Assembly (NCBI RefSeq): GCF_009914755.1
Contig: NC_060925.1
DNA from: the human T2T-CHM13v2.0 reference genome, Homo sapiens
Reading direction: 5' to 3' (one strand)
Length of the DNA: 64,000 nt
Both the position numbers and the translations under genes were made by a program. Below, piece by piece: positions 16,338 through 29,886 of the stretch. How positions within the stretch are numbered: the first letter of the stretch is position 1; each line of letters begins with the position of its first letter. The notes beneath the pieces were generated by a model that saw only the letters and a list, made by a program, of their open reading frames with translations, had not been told where the DNA came from and searched no databases.

Positions 16338-17896
16338 CTTCTACCATCTTCCTTAACAAGGCCAATCACAGTTTAATGCCGAATTCTAGCTTTTACAGTT
16401 TAGCAGAGACACTGAAATAGGATTGAGATCGATTGAATAAGCTTTTCCTTAAACAGTCAGAGAAAAATACCTAAAAGTTGGCTTACCAGTCATTTAAGAA
16501 AAAGCAAGTTATTTTATTTGTGCACAGCAAATTACTTTTAAAATTATTTGCTCAGGATTCCTAGATAAACCGATGGATTTCAAGCTCAGATTATAAGGGA
16601 ATGAAAGAATAATCAGCAAATTCATAAATACTCCCCCCATGGTTAAAAAAAAAAGCACCCTTTGTTGAAGATCTTATTTCTTGACTGTAATAGCAATATA
16701 CACAATAGTGCTATTATCTATATCCCAGCTATGAAATATAGGAAGAAAGCTACAATAAATTTATTAAAAATATAATTTTTACACATAGATGTTATTGGTC
16801 TTTATTGAAGAAGAACGTCTTCATTAAAATAAAGAATTTAACAAATAAATTCAATTGAAACCCTAATAAATGAATCTACTTGCTTTCTTCACTATTACAG
16901 GTAATAGCTACTTATTTATCTCTACTCATCCATGTACCTATTCCTGAGTTCTGGTTTTTGAGTCAAACAGGAAATGAAGAAGCCATTTTGCCAAAGCAAG
17001 AGAAACTTCTATATGTCTCTAGTAAATTTTCTAGGCAACTGAGTTTTAGCATTAGTGAAAAGGAATTTCCATTAGCTCAATATAGATACATAAAAATTCC
17101 AGGTTGAAATTTGACATTCTTTCTTTCAATACTCTGACCTTTAAGAAACTTTTCCTGACTTACATAGTCTCTGCTTATTCCTTATTCTGCAATCCCTATG
17201 GATTTATACTTTTATGTACACTATTAATTTGCATTATTTTGATGTGTTTCTCCTATTGCTATTAAGTCACCAATGGCTAAATATGTGTTCTCTCTCCAAC
17301 TATAAAAACCTCCCCTACTTTTATTTTTCATACTATTGAACACAGAGCTATGACAAGGAAGGAACACTTTGAATGTTAACATCATCACTCTACAGGAAGA
17401 TACTGTTTGCTACCATCAAAACGACCAAGAGTAGATAATTTCATTTGTACTGAGAGTCTATACTTTAGCAGAAATTTCTTTAGAATACATATATACCTTG
17501 TAATGCCAGGCTCCACTCCCCTATAGCATATAATTAATGATCTTTTTTATTATTGATAAACTTTATCAGGAAAATACTTTATCATTTACCAAAATTCAAA
17601 TAGCTATCTTGGTGGCAAATCCTATTAAGGTTTTCTGAAGAAGATTTCTTATGTCAAATTACCTTAGAAAAAAGGAGAAGCATGAGAATTCATTATGTTA
17701 AGAAGGTTGCCGCCAAGAGAAGTTAAGTTGCATTTAGAAACTAGGAAGCCAGAGGCTTCTGATTCATGTTTAAAACACATAGAAAAATGCCTACAGCAAA
17801 TAAAATATTCCTTAAAGTAACCCCATTTAATAATTTAATCCAATATAAGTCATCAGCGATTGTCCATGGAAGAATAGGCCTCTACTACTTGCTCAG

Positions 17897-18875
17897 TTTT
17901 TAATAGCTATATGGAAATATAATTGACATACTTTACAATTCACACATGTAAGGGTACAATTCAATGGACGTTAGTATGTTTAGATATATGCAACCTTTAC
18001 TGCAGTCAATTTTAGAATATTTTCATCACCTCAATATAAAACCTGTACTCTTTAGCTATCATCCCCTAGTCCTCCTCCCCGCCACCCATTCCTTTTATCT
18101 TTAAGAACACCATTATCTGCTTTCTAACTCTATAGATTTTCCTATTCTTGACTTTCAAATGACTGGAGTCATATAATAATGGACTCTGCGACTGACTTCT
18201 TCCACTTAGCATAATGTTTCCAAGGTTCATCAAAGTAACATATATCAGTACTTGATTCCTTTTTATGGCTAACTAATATTCCATTACATGAATATACCAT
18301 ATTTCACTTAGCCAGTCATCCATTGATAGACACTTGAGTGGTTTTCAACTTTTGGCTATTATGAATAGTGTTGCTATAAACATTTCATACAGGTTTCTGT
18401 GTAGACATATGTTTTTATTTCTTTGGGGTATATATCAAGAGTGGTATTTCTGGGTCATATGGTAACTCTATGTTTGTTTAAGGAACTGTCAGACTGTTCT
18501 CCAAAGTGGTCCCATTTTACATTCCCACCAGCAACGTAAGAGGGTATCAATCTGTCCACATCATCACCAACATTTATCATTGTCTGACTTTTTTAACTAG
18601 CCATCCTAGTGTGTATAAGATGGTATCTCTTGATGATTTTCATTTGCATTTCCCTGATGACTAATGATGTTAAACATCTTTTCATGTGCTTATTGGCCAT
18701 TCGGGTATTTCCCCGGAGAAATGTCTTTTGCATTCTTTGCTGATGTTTTTAATTTGCTTGTCTTTTTATTATTGAGTTGAAATTCTTTATATATTCCAGA
18801 TACAAAGCCCTTATCAGACATATGATTTAAAACTTTTCTCCTATTCTGTGGTTGTCTTTTCACTTTTCTGATCCC
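17897..18875 (-). mobile_element. L1MB-type 3' end
   Basis: Reverse L1 3' UTR/ORF2 end: ttttggctattatgaatagtgttgctataaacatt, acattcccaccagcaacg, atttgcatttccctgatgactaatgatgtt. Confidence 0.88.
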
Positions 18876-21800
18876 TTTCTTAATAACTAAGCCCTGATTC
18901 CTTAGAAATACTTTCACATTCACTCTGGAAGCCACGTTGATTTCTAGACACTCCTACCAGTTGTAGATTCCAAGCTACAACCACCTGGATGTGTTTTATT
19001 TCATCAAGCACAGATAAGCAGATCATCACAAGTAGGATCTGAATTTTATTATCAGCTGTTTTCCTTCCTGTAGTTTTCCAAAAGTATCATGATAAAAATT
19101 CCCCCCTAAAAAGAAAATGTAGAGCTAATTTAGAACTTCTAGAGAATATCTAATTCATTTCCTTATTTTTCTCCATCTATCTGAGAAAGAGATCTGTCTC
19201 TCCCTTTGTCTTATCACTTGTTTAAATTCCCCAGAAGAGACTCCACTCTTGTGCTTACCCTTCGGCTTTGCCATAAAGAAGGACATAACTAGTAACAGAC
19301 ACTTTGGCTGTTTAAAACCATTATTTTGAGTTCTCCAAACACAGATTTTAGAAATACTCTTCAAACAACAAATTCTTTGAGAAAATATCTATTCTGGAAT
19401 TCTGCTTTGTTCTAAGTCTAACAAGTCAGCATTTCTACTGATGACTCTATTATTGCCAGAACTGTTTCATTTATTGCAAATTGCATAAGGCAGTTTTGGC
19501 TCTCAAGATTTTAGACCAGATGCAAGTTTCAAAGAATTTTTTTTCTGAAGATGTGTTAGCTATTCTGTGATTTGAGAGTCCAAATAAATTTGGATATTTC
19601 CTACCCTCCAAACTTAAAACCTGAATAATTGCCTCAAACAGTAGTTTTGAAATTCTCCTGATTCGATGCTGGTTGGCATATTTCTAAGTGGAGTGATCAG
19701 AGTAGATATCTTGAAATGTTCATTATTGTATTCTGGAACCAATGAAAAACTTATCCCTTACACATAATTATCATTACTATCTACATAGAGTTTTGGCTCT
19801 AGTTATCAATTGTTTTAAGACATGGTCTTATATTTAGGTGATGTGATGCTATGCTATTTTCTCTTTTACGTGACTCTACTCCTTGCTGCATGCTGTATCT
19901 CTTCCATTCATTCTGTGCCTTTAGAAATCACTGGAAACCCTCAAGATAAAGCCTGAACTTACAGAGAAGAACAAAAAGACTTCTGATTTGCAGCAATATC
20001 GTAAATAAGTGATGTTGAAAGAAATTACATAAACAGTTATAGGTGTGTTTCCTTTATTGTTATTTCTAGTAAGATGGAACTTTTTAAAATCTAAATTGTC
20101 ATCAAAGCAATTCTACTCCAGAGAAATTAACTCACAGTCTCTCTATACACCCAGTTTCTCTGTATTCTTCTTTAAACAGAAACAAATACATAGAAAGGTT
20201 TGGGGAAAATTTGTTACATGGATTGTAGTGATTTTCAACATTTTTTTATTAGTCATACATGGGTTTCCCCAAACAAAAATATATGTCATTCACAGCATAT
20301 TCCTTTCTGTACCAAAGATATTAACGTCTTTAACATGATTTGCCTTCCATGAGGAAGTCTATGATGGAAAACATAATTCAACAGAGAAACTGAGCAAAGA
20401 AAGCACTAAGGTAAAAAGGAAGACTACAAGGCTAATTTTTACATAGACATTTTAATTCATCCCCATTCTACAAAGCAGCGAATAGCTTTGCACTGCACTT
20501 AAAATTCCAGGGCAGCTGTATCTGAGCTTATTTGCCCCAAGTACAGACTCAGAAGCAAGTAATGCCACAGGAAAGCGTGACTGGGTTTGTAAGTTGAAGC
20601 CGATTCTCTCTACTAACAAAGCATAAGGGATACATTTTTACTGTGTTGATATCCATCATAAAATGTTATTTGACACATTTTAAGCATGTCATCTTCAAAT
20701 TAGGGGTGGATTATTTTTTCTTTCTGAAAACATAGAAATCACCAATTTTTAAAATGACCCTTTTATTCAATCTCTTCCTCCCTTGTTTATGACCTACGTT
20801 TGTGCCTTCAATATAGATGAATGTTGTATAAATCTCTTCTTCTGTTCCCATAACCAAATGTGAAGTAAAATCTCATCTAGGGAGAAGGAGACTGGCAAAA
20901 CAGTCAGTAATTCAAGTCATTCTGAATCTCTCAAGACTTCATTACTAAGCATTCTGTACACTTTGCATAAATCTTATCAAGCATGAAAAATTATTCAGAT
21001 TTGTTCAGGAGCATGATATTCCCCTAATTTCAACTAAAATATCATTAATAGAATTTTGTGAACTGCCTTTAATGCCTTTAAATACAACTTAATTTAAAGT
21101 TGTACACTCTATTCCTTAAGCAATGTTTGGGTATTACCAATATACTGAAAGATAGATGAGATGTGCTCATGGCAATACAGCTTTTAACCTTTCCTCTCCT
21201 CTACCATGACGGGGGTGAATTACCGTAAATGATGGGTACTCTGTCTGCAGTGTGGACAATTGATTTGACCTGACTGCCTCCAAAGTTCTAATGGACTTGG
21301 TGGCCAAATCCCCTGAGATATAAAATATGTTGAAGTGAATTGGGGCAGGTTAAAGAACAGACCTGCTTTTCATTGCAGGCTCTGGCTATAATACATCTCC
21401 CAGTTGTTCAGGGCAAAAGATTAAACATGATCAATACCCAAATCATTTTTTTAAAGTGTTGCCCTCAGTAAATCTATTTTTGTTATATTTTTCCCCCTGC
21501 CAAGCATGGTTTTACAAATCTTGAAAAGATCCTTTTTTTTTCCAATGCAGAATTGCATACACAGCTCTATCTTCAGTTTATTTCCATTTAATTTATCCTC
21601 ATCTGTTCAGTATATTGACTACTTGGGCCACACAAAATTTCTCTGGATTTAAATAGCTAATTCCCCATTCTTTGAGTTTACACTGAAGTTTCTATTTGCA
21701 GTGAAGAAAAGACTAACAAAGAGGAAGGAAGTATGATAGGAAATACTACAGGCAAACAAAAGAGAAAATAATAAAGAAAATGATTCCCAGATAAAATGCC

Positions 21801-22290
21801 AGAAAAGTGGACAAATTTGAATTTTAAAAGTTGTTGAAAATGTTGAAATTATATATTTTTCCAACTTACATAAAAGTTGAGAAGAAGAAAAAATAATGGC
21901 TAGGCATAAAATGCTAAATTAATTGATATTATAGGAAGTAAACAACAATAATGTAAAGTTAAATCCCAACACTCGACTCCCAAACTACCATTAGAGGAAG
22001 CAACACACAGACCTCAAGGGGAGATCCATGAAGAAAGAAAAGGAAAAAGTTAAAAAGAAACATCCAGTAAACCAATGAAGGAATCACTTTAATGAGTTGC
22101 TGCTTCTAGGAAAGCTGATATCTGAATAATAATGTTTTCATTCTAGATCTCACTGGATACAGAACTTCTTTGGAATGAATATTATCAGTCCTGTATTCCA
22201 GAAAACAACAATGTACAAGGTAAACTTTGTGTCATAACCTCCTAAGAATCAAATTTCTTTAAAAATGCAGAGTTAATCTGGTCATTAATG

Positions 22291-22570
22291 TTCATTCAAC
22301 AAATACTGGGCAATATTTGTCCAGTATTCAACAAATACTGGACAAAACATCATGCTAGATAACAAGAGAAAAAAAAGTTAGATGAAAGACATCTATTCCT
22401 GTTCCCCAAGGAGATAATAATCTAGCTGAGAAAATAAAGTAAGCATCAGCGACAACGTTAGTCTTAGGCAAAATATGGTAAGTACTATAACAGATATAAA
22501 GTGCTTCGGGTTTTAGAGTAAGAAGTATCATTCCCTTGTCAGAGCCAAGAAAGCTTCATGGAGGTGCTCA
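22291..22570 (-). mobile_element. L2 3' end fragment
   Basis: ttcattcaacaaata...cctgttccccaaggagataataatctag...aaagcttcatggagg. Confidence 0.55.
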
Positions 22571-22726
22571 AACACTGGCTCAAATGCAATATGTAGCTAG
22601 AACAATTTTTAAGCTCTGAACATTTTCATAAACTAGGTAGAGGAGGGAAAATGATTTCCATAAGTGTACTACATTATGAGTGTACTCACACTGCCTTTCT
22701 ATGACCTAAACACTGAGCCTTAAATT

Positions 22727-23041
22727 AGGGACCCACAAACTTTTTCTGAAAAGGGCCAGATAGTAAATATTTTGGGCATTGCAGGCCATATGTTCTCTGT
22801 TGCAATTACTGCACTATGCCAAAGACAATATATAAACAAATGAGCGCGACCATGTCCCAATGGTAAAACTTTACTTATGGACACTGAAATCTGAATTTCA
22901 TATAATTTTTACATGAAAAAAAGTATATTTTTTCAACCACTTAAAAATGTAAAAACATTGCTTAGCTCACAGGCTTCCAAAAAAAAATAAAACAGGTTAT
23001 AGGCTGGATTTAGCCTGCAGGCTGTAGGTAGACAGTCCCTG
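22727..23041. mobile_element. MER58B (hAT-Charlie MITE)
   Basis: caaactttttctgaaaagggccagatagtaaatattttggg...aaactttacttatggacactgaaatctgaatttcata...ggctggatttagcctgcaggctgtag. Confidence 0.85.
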
Positions 23042-23849
23042 TTATGCTTTAGAATGTTAGCTTCGCAACCCAGCTAAACTTTTCTTTGTAATTTTCTATC
23101 TACCACACCTTCCTCAGACTGCATCTTTCCAAAATAATCTTTATAGAACATCCATAGGGGAAAAAAAAACTCTTCCCTTCCTATACACGTTTGTAGCTAC
23201 ACTTTAAGACATTTCAGCTCTTTTCTCATTTTCTTGGAATGAATCAACAAATATGTATATCATATGTGCTATATTATATTTCATAGTTTTCTACAAGTGC
23301 AGAGGTACCAGTTTTGTTTGGATTTTATACTCCAATGCCCTTCCAGGTGATAATATTTTACTGAATTTTTTAAAGCAATAACAACGTATGGGTCAAAGAC
23401 AATGAATATTTAATATAGAGGCACAGGAGGAGATGAAGCATAAATTATGTATTTTATCCTAAAGGGGAATTTTGAAATAATTTTCTAACATGAATGCTCC
23501 ACCTACTAGTATTCAAGAGCCTATTCTTGTGATCTTCACGAAAGGACATTTGCAGGATGCACACCGGGAATCTTATTTCTATGTTGTCTCATTAAATCTC
23601 ATTTGATCTACACTTTCACCCTGTGGAAGATATGTTATATCATTTCCATTTTTAAAAGTTTGAAGAGATTTGCTGTTCACATCTCCTGATCCGAAGTTAA
23701 GCTTCTCCTGGGTAAAGCAGAGATGGAGTTGTAGACAAAAATTGTGTGTGTGTGTATGTTTCTGTGAGTTTTCTTAATGTTTCTTAACTGATTTTAGTGA
23801 GCCTCTTTAGCAAACCTGGACATCAAACATGTATTTCTTTATAAACCCT

Positions 23850-24050
23850 TTAAGTGAAGTATAAAAATCCATCCAGAAAAGTTATTAATCCTAAGTGAAC
23901 AGCTTAATGAAAAGCATTTAACATGTTCATGTGACATGTGCAGATCAAGAAACAGAACATCAACAGCATCCCAGAAAATCCCTCTCTAGTCCCCCACAAT
24001 CTCTACCCCATCTATCCTCTCCACCAAACAAATATCTTTCATATCAACTT
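23850..24050 (-). mobile_element. L1ME-like 3' fragment
   Basis: cagatcaagaaacagaacatcaacagcatcccagaaaatccctc. Confidence 0.6.
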
Positions 24051-24199
24051 CTGTTCTGTTTTGACATTATTTAAAGCTATGCATCAACACCATATCCTTC
24101 TGCCCAGTGCTATCATCTCAACTAAAATGTCTTTATAGCTTTATGCCTTTTGTGACACAGCATATTAAAATTATTAATAGTAACTTGTCCTCCAGTAAG

Positions 24200-24410
24200 A
24201 AAATTCTGGTTACATTACTTACTAGTTTTGTCACTATGAACAAGTTACTTAACCCCTCTAAGGCTCAGTGGTTTCCTCAGTCATAAAATTTAGACAATAC
24301 TGGTATCTATCTTTGTGAGATTATCATGGGGAAAAATGATAAAATATACGTAAACTTGCTAACACTCTGCTCGTTATCTAGTAAGAAAACAATACATAAT
24401 ATTTATCATT
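24200..24410 (+). mobile_element. MIR
   Basis: caagttacttaacccctctaaggctcagtggtttcctcagtcataaaat. Confidence 0.75.
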
Positions 24411-25074
24411 ATAATTTCAGTATTTACTAGTGTGGCATGATTATAGGCAGTCAATAAATATTTGAGTCCCTATCCTGGGCTCTGGGTAACTCAGCTTGTA
24501 TAAACTACATAAATCTCTACCTATACATAACCCAATTCCCTCTCTAATTTTAAATACAATCAAGATAATCCTAAATCTAAAACAACTGTTAGTAACTCTT
24601 CATTATTTCTAAAATCAAATTCACAATATATGCATATTTGTGTGTATAACTCTCCTAAAATGAAATACTTTCCACCTGGTTTCTCCTCAAAATCTATCTG
24701 TTAAGACCCATTCCAAATACTGCCTCCCATAGTACATCTTTACTTAATCTGATTCCAGGTAATCTCTGAAGGGCCAGGTTCTGTTACTTTCCTGAAGCCC
24801 TTCCATTGTCTCTCTTGGACAAGAGAAATACATGAGTGACCACACTGCACTTTCTATAGGACAGTCTCCCTGAGCACAGGAACTGTTGTCTAGATCACTT
24901 ACAGCCAGCCCAGCATTATATTTTACATATAATAACAATAATATACTAAAAATCATGCTATCAGACAAGTATGTAGAAATTTATACTTTAATTCTTTTAT
25001 CAACCTTCAAAACATGAGAGCTGCATAATATAATTATTCTCAGTTTGCAATTGTTTAATTTGACAAACACAGAT

Positions 25075-25290
25075 ATACCACTTACTACGCCCCAGCAGGA
25101 CTGGCATGCTTTGCATAGTATAACTCACTTAATCCTACTGGGTGATATAGGCATTATCATTGTCCTCATTTTACAGATAAGGAGAATAAGACAAAATAGT
25201 TGAACAAGTAGCCCAAAGTCACCCAGATAGTAAAACAAATAAGTGAGGCTCATCCTCAGGCAGGCCACCTAACTACCATGCCACCATGTA
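25075..25290 (-). mobile_element. MIR
   Basis: taactcacttaatcct...cctcattttacagataaggagaataagac...gcccaaagtcacccag. Confidence 0.72.
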
Positions 25291-27354
25291 CTGCAGCCTG
25301 CATCATGACGGGCCACCAATAAGTAGGTGAAGAAATTGATTGAAGATAGACTTACAATTAAAGCTTTGGTCTATAATTAAATCAGTGTGTAAAAAATGGA
25401 TTTTCTAACTATGGGGGTGGGGGAGATTGATGTTCCTCTTATGCCTCAATCTCTTCATCACCTGCTTCCTTTTCAGCTAAGCACAGTGTACTAGAGAGCT
25501 TAGCTCATCCATAGGGCTTGTTGCAGGCACAACAAGGAATCACTGTGGGTTTTCATGTCCTAGAAGTAGATGTAGCTAAAAAGCATTAATATGTTTTTGC
25601 AAAAAAAGATTAACAAATTCTTGTTTTCAAAAATCAAAGAACTTAAATTATAGTAGGATAATCTACTTTCATAATCAGTATTAACTTTTTAGATCAGTAT
25701 TAACTTGTTCAATGACCAGGCATTTCTTATGTGGATTTGCTTTTCTTATCTTCAATGCATGTTTATTAAATATCTGCTCTGTGCATTGCACTATCCTAAG
25801 TTTCAGAGATACTAAAATATTAAGACATTATTTCAAATGTTTTATCATTTAGTTTTCTCTTTTAAGAAGTATCTTTTTTCCTTCTTTAACTGGTGGTCTT
25901 AATTGAGATAACATCTACAGAGCATTTTCTATTTCTTGGAAAGCAGGTGACACCTTATAAAGTTTTATGCAAGCATTATGGTTAACATATGGCAAATTAT
26001 TCTAGGCAAATGCTGTTTATAGATCTTTCAAACGTTTTTCACTTAGTTTAAATTTGTATTGATCTAATTGCAATTCTTACACTTCTTAAGGAAAAAACTA
26101 ATTTTTTTTCTCTCAGGTAAAATGAGTAAAACACCCAGAGAATACTTAGCAGTCTGGGAAGAATATTTTAAAGATTCTATCCCTATTTGCCTCTTCCCTC
26201 TAACTAGCATGAACACATATTCCTTACATGGTACATTTGTTCCATTCCATGGGTTAGAATGTTCTATTCGAATCTGCAGGTGACCTCTCTGGGCCTTATT
26301 CTTGTATCTGGAAACATAGGCAGTTATGGCTGGCCTCATGTCCCCTTAAAGGCCAAAGTTGAACACTACATTATCTGGGCAGAAAACACCTTATTCTTAT
26401 TCCTCAACAGTTCTAACAACTCACAGCCCTTCTCAGTCCCTTTATGAACACAGATGTCGTTTTAATGGGGGGGAGAGCTGAAGTGACAAGAAGGTGACCT
26501 GTGGGTGAACCCAGGAGCAGGTGAGGCCTGTCAGTTTTTAATTTGAAACTGGTGTCAGGCCTGAGGAATGGCTGGTATAATCACATTTGTAACTGATCTC
26601 CTATAAACTCTGCAAACATTCAAGGGATGGCTGTTGTGAGCAATATGAAATTAACAATTCATGTGCAGGTCTCTGGGCACCTAACTAAATCAAATGTATC
26701 TTTGAAAACTGTATAAATACTGCATGTTTTCCAGATGACAAGATTGGCATAACTAAAAAGCACTGATTGTACCCTTAATGAAAGATTTGTTTTTGGCATC
26801 AATTTATAAAGACATAATATTTTTAAAAGACAATTACCATTTCAAGGCATAGTTTATCACATAGTCCAAGCACAAAAGGCCTAAAATTAAACTCAATGCT
26901 ACCATCACATAACATTCATCTTCAAAAGTTATGCGCTAATGTATACTTTCACAGAATGTTTTCTGCTTAAAATATTTTCTATCCAGTCCCTTAAGATTTC
27001 ATATAGCAAAAATTCACTTTAACTTTAGAAGTATTGCTATTCAATAAATATGCCTTAGGCACAACTTCTAAACTTTACAATTGATAGAAAATTATATTAA
27101 CCTGGAACTTGCCTACAAAAGTAAAATTCAAATGTTCTGTAGCATTATAACGGTGTCTCTACCAAACCAAGAAGAGTATTTCAAAGCTCTACAAGTTAGA
27201 ACACTTCTACAGGTTTAGAAAATGAAGTGACATTTAGTATCTAGCAATAGCGGTTGACTATTAGAAGAAGATTGCTTTGGGACACGAGATTTGTCACTTT
27301 TCTTCCACAGATTTAGGAGGAGAAGTAGTAAAAATAATCACTGGTATTTTTAGT

Positions 27355-27570
27355 GATTATTTGCTGAGTACTGTCCTAAGCACTTTACATGTACTGACTC
27401 TTCGAGTTTTCACAACCACGTTCTGAGAAAGATCTGCTTATTATCCACATTTTACAGATCAAGAAACCTGAGCCGCAACAAGTTTATGTAGCTTACTAAA
27501 CCAATCAATAGTGGGCTCAGGATTTGAACTCACATCTGATTTCAAAAACCCTCTCTCTTAACCATTCTTT
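27355..27570 (-). mobile_element. MIR
   Basis: cctaagcactttacatgta...cattttacagatcaagaaacctgagcc...caggatttgaactc. Confidence 0.72.
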
Positions 27571-27884
27571 ATCACCCCCTGGGACATATCAATTTTGTCA
27601 CCTCACTGCTACTGTGACACTGAAGGACATGAACATGTGGACTACATTAAATTATTTTCAACTAAAGGACAAGTGAGATAGACTGACCATGATGTGTTTC
27701 CTGTTGGCAAAACAATGGACTGTTCTTACTGCATCTCCTTAGAACTCGGTCTTCTTAAGAACCATTTCAGGTGCTATCATTCCCTAAATTTTAGACATAT
27801 GGAATTTCTACACTTTGAAGTGGCCAGTCCTATATTATTTCTTCTGCTGAAGCTATTCACATGTCTGATAGAAGAAAACATTGC

Positions 27885-28387
27885 ATAAGGAAAAGAGCTT
27901 AGACTGTGAATTCAGAGAACTTGGATATGAATCCCAGATCTGCAACTTACCATCTAGGCGAACTTGCTCAAATGACTCAGCCTTACTGAACCTTGGTTTC
28001 TTTATCCCTATAATGGTTTCAGGTTCTAACTGAGGTCTGAGGGAAGTCAGTGGGTGAGTGGCAGGTAGCTGGAAAAACACTCGAGGAATCGTAGACAGTT
28101 TCAACATGGCTTGACTTTCTCTCTGGGCGTGAGCTAGCCTTGTTGCGAGTGAGCCATAGGCGCAAGCCGTATGTACAGCATCGGTAAGATAGTTATACCT
28201 TTTACAGACAACACCAGCTCTGAGCCAGCCACGAGCTCACATGAGTGGTTACCTAATGTGCCTCAGGTGGAGTGGTTACATAATGAGTAGAGTTGTGCAC
28301 CTGCACTTCAAATTCACTGAGTCATGCCGGACCGGATGTCTGCCTCAGCTGGTTCTTGACTGCAGCACATCCACTTTCCTTACAGAT

Positions 28388-28422
<35 letters not shown>

Positions 28423-28495
28423 ACTGGCAAGTATGTTCTTAGAGGGTCATTGTGAGACTCAGATGAGACAGTGTAAATAAAAGTACTTTGTAGAT
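27885..28495 (+). mobile_element. MIR split by LTR18 and carrying a 29 nt A-run
   Basis: 5' half gaattcagagaacttggatatgaatcccagatctgcaacttac...; 3' half gggtcattgtgagactcagatgagacagtgtaaataaaagtactttg. Confidence 0.7.
28017..28384 (-). mobile_element. LTR18 (LTR18B-like, ERVL) solo LTR
   Basis: Minus strand begins tgtaaggaaagtggatgtgctgcagtcaagaa...gcagacatccggtcc..catgactcag; ends cctcagttagaacctga; 5 bp TSD aatgg/gatgg. Confidence 0.85.
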
Positions 28496-28779
28496 AGGGA
28501 TATACAGGGGTTAGCCCCAAATAAATAACTTACTTGAGCTAATTGGTATCACTTAGAGACCAGATCAAGAGACAATATAACCTCAGATTTCTTTCTTATC
28601 ACCCTTTTCTTTCATAGCAGGGAGGCTTTATATAACGAATACCCTCCTCTTTTCCTAAGCAATGTGAGTAAATATTAATGGTGGCCCTTCCTTAAGATTT
28701 CAATAGGAATAGATTCAGTAACAAAATAAAAACATTCACGTGCTAATGAGTTTCCAGTGTCTCAAGTCCAATGTCTCGA

Positions 28780-29120
28780 GGGCTTTCACGTGTGCTATTT
28801 CTCTCCTTGGATCACCATTAATGCACCTTCTTCACCTGTGTATGCTTACATACCCCTCTAGAGTCAATTTAAGTCACTCTCTCTTAAGTCTTCTCTGAAT
28901 CCCCATATAGATCTAAATTCTATTTCTCCTATCATCCAATAGCATCTGTTTTCTGCTTCTATTGCACTCAGAACATTGTATTTTAACTACATACCTGACT
29001 TTCTCCCAGCTTGAGTGCAAGACTTTAGAAGGCAGAGAACGTAGCTGAATATATTTCTCTATGCCTAGTATCTAACACAGTGTCTGGCATAGAGTAGAGG
29101 CTCAATAAAGGATTGCTGAC
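28780..29120 (+). mobile_element. L2 3' end
   Basis: agaaggcagagaac...cctagtatctaacacagtgtctggcatagagtagaggctcaataaa. Confidence 0.75.
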
Positions 29121-29886
29121 TGTAGACTGGGATCCATGGTTTATAGCCTAACAGACATGAGAAATGAACTTTGAAAATAAAGTAATTCTATAAATAAAAG
29201 GCAACTCAGGTGGGCAATACATTAAACTAATACATAATAGGAGGAACAGATAAGCAATTTGTGGGAAACTATTCAGTAACAAGCAAAGTAGAAGAAAAGA
29301 TGTATTTCGAATATGAAGTATTTTGAAAATCAATTAAAATAATTTAGACTTAATACAGTAGGTTATTTACTTACTAATCAATCAATGTATTCACTCATTC
29401 AACAAACATTTTTGAGTGCCTGCCATGTGCCATTTACTAAGTCACAAAAATGAGTAGGCTATGGTTCCCCCTTCCTTGAAGAGTTTATAATACTGTAATT
29501 TCATAAGAAGCATTTGTGGAGAACCCCACAGCATAAAATTGGGATAGTAGTCTGGAGGCTAAGTGTTTATAAACCACAAAGCTAGATAGGTAGCTGGAGG
29601 TTACACAAGCCAACTAAATCAGTAGAGCACATTCACTCTTCCCTCTGTCTCCACCATAATTATCAGACAAAGGTCTAGGTCCCTGGCTCTTTGATCTCAG
29701 TTAAATTGCCTCAGCATAGTGGAAATTCCCAGGAGACCTGTTCACACAGCAGTGCAGCTCTGGCATCAACAAATTCCATGCACAGAACTTCCTCTTCACA
29801 CGACGTCTCACAAAGCCTTTTCTTCACTCTTCCTTTCTCTTCTTTACCTCTACAATCCCTTTTTCCCTGTATTGGTTTGCCAGATA

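Noticed and set aside
28391-28419. Isolated poly(A) runs (also 58201-58229) as retro-insertion tails
   Set aside because: No upstream element body or TSD; more simply slippage expansions of A-rich positions in MIR and L1
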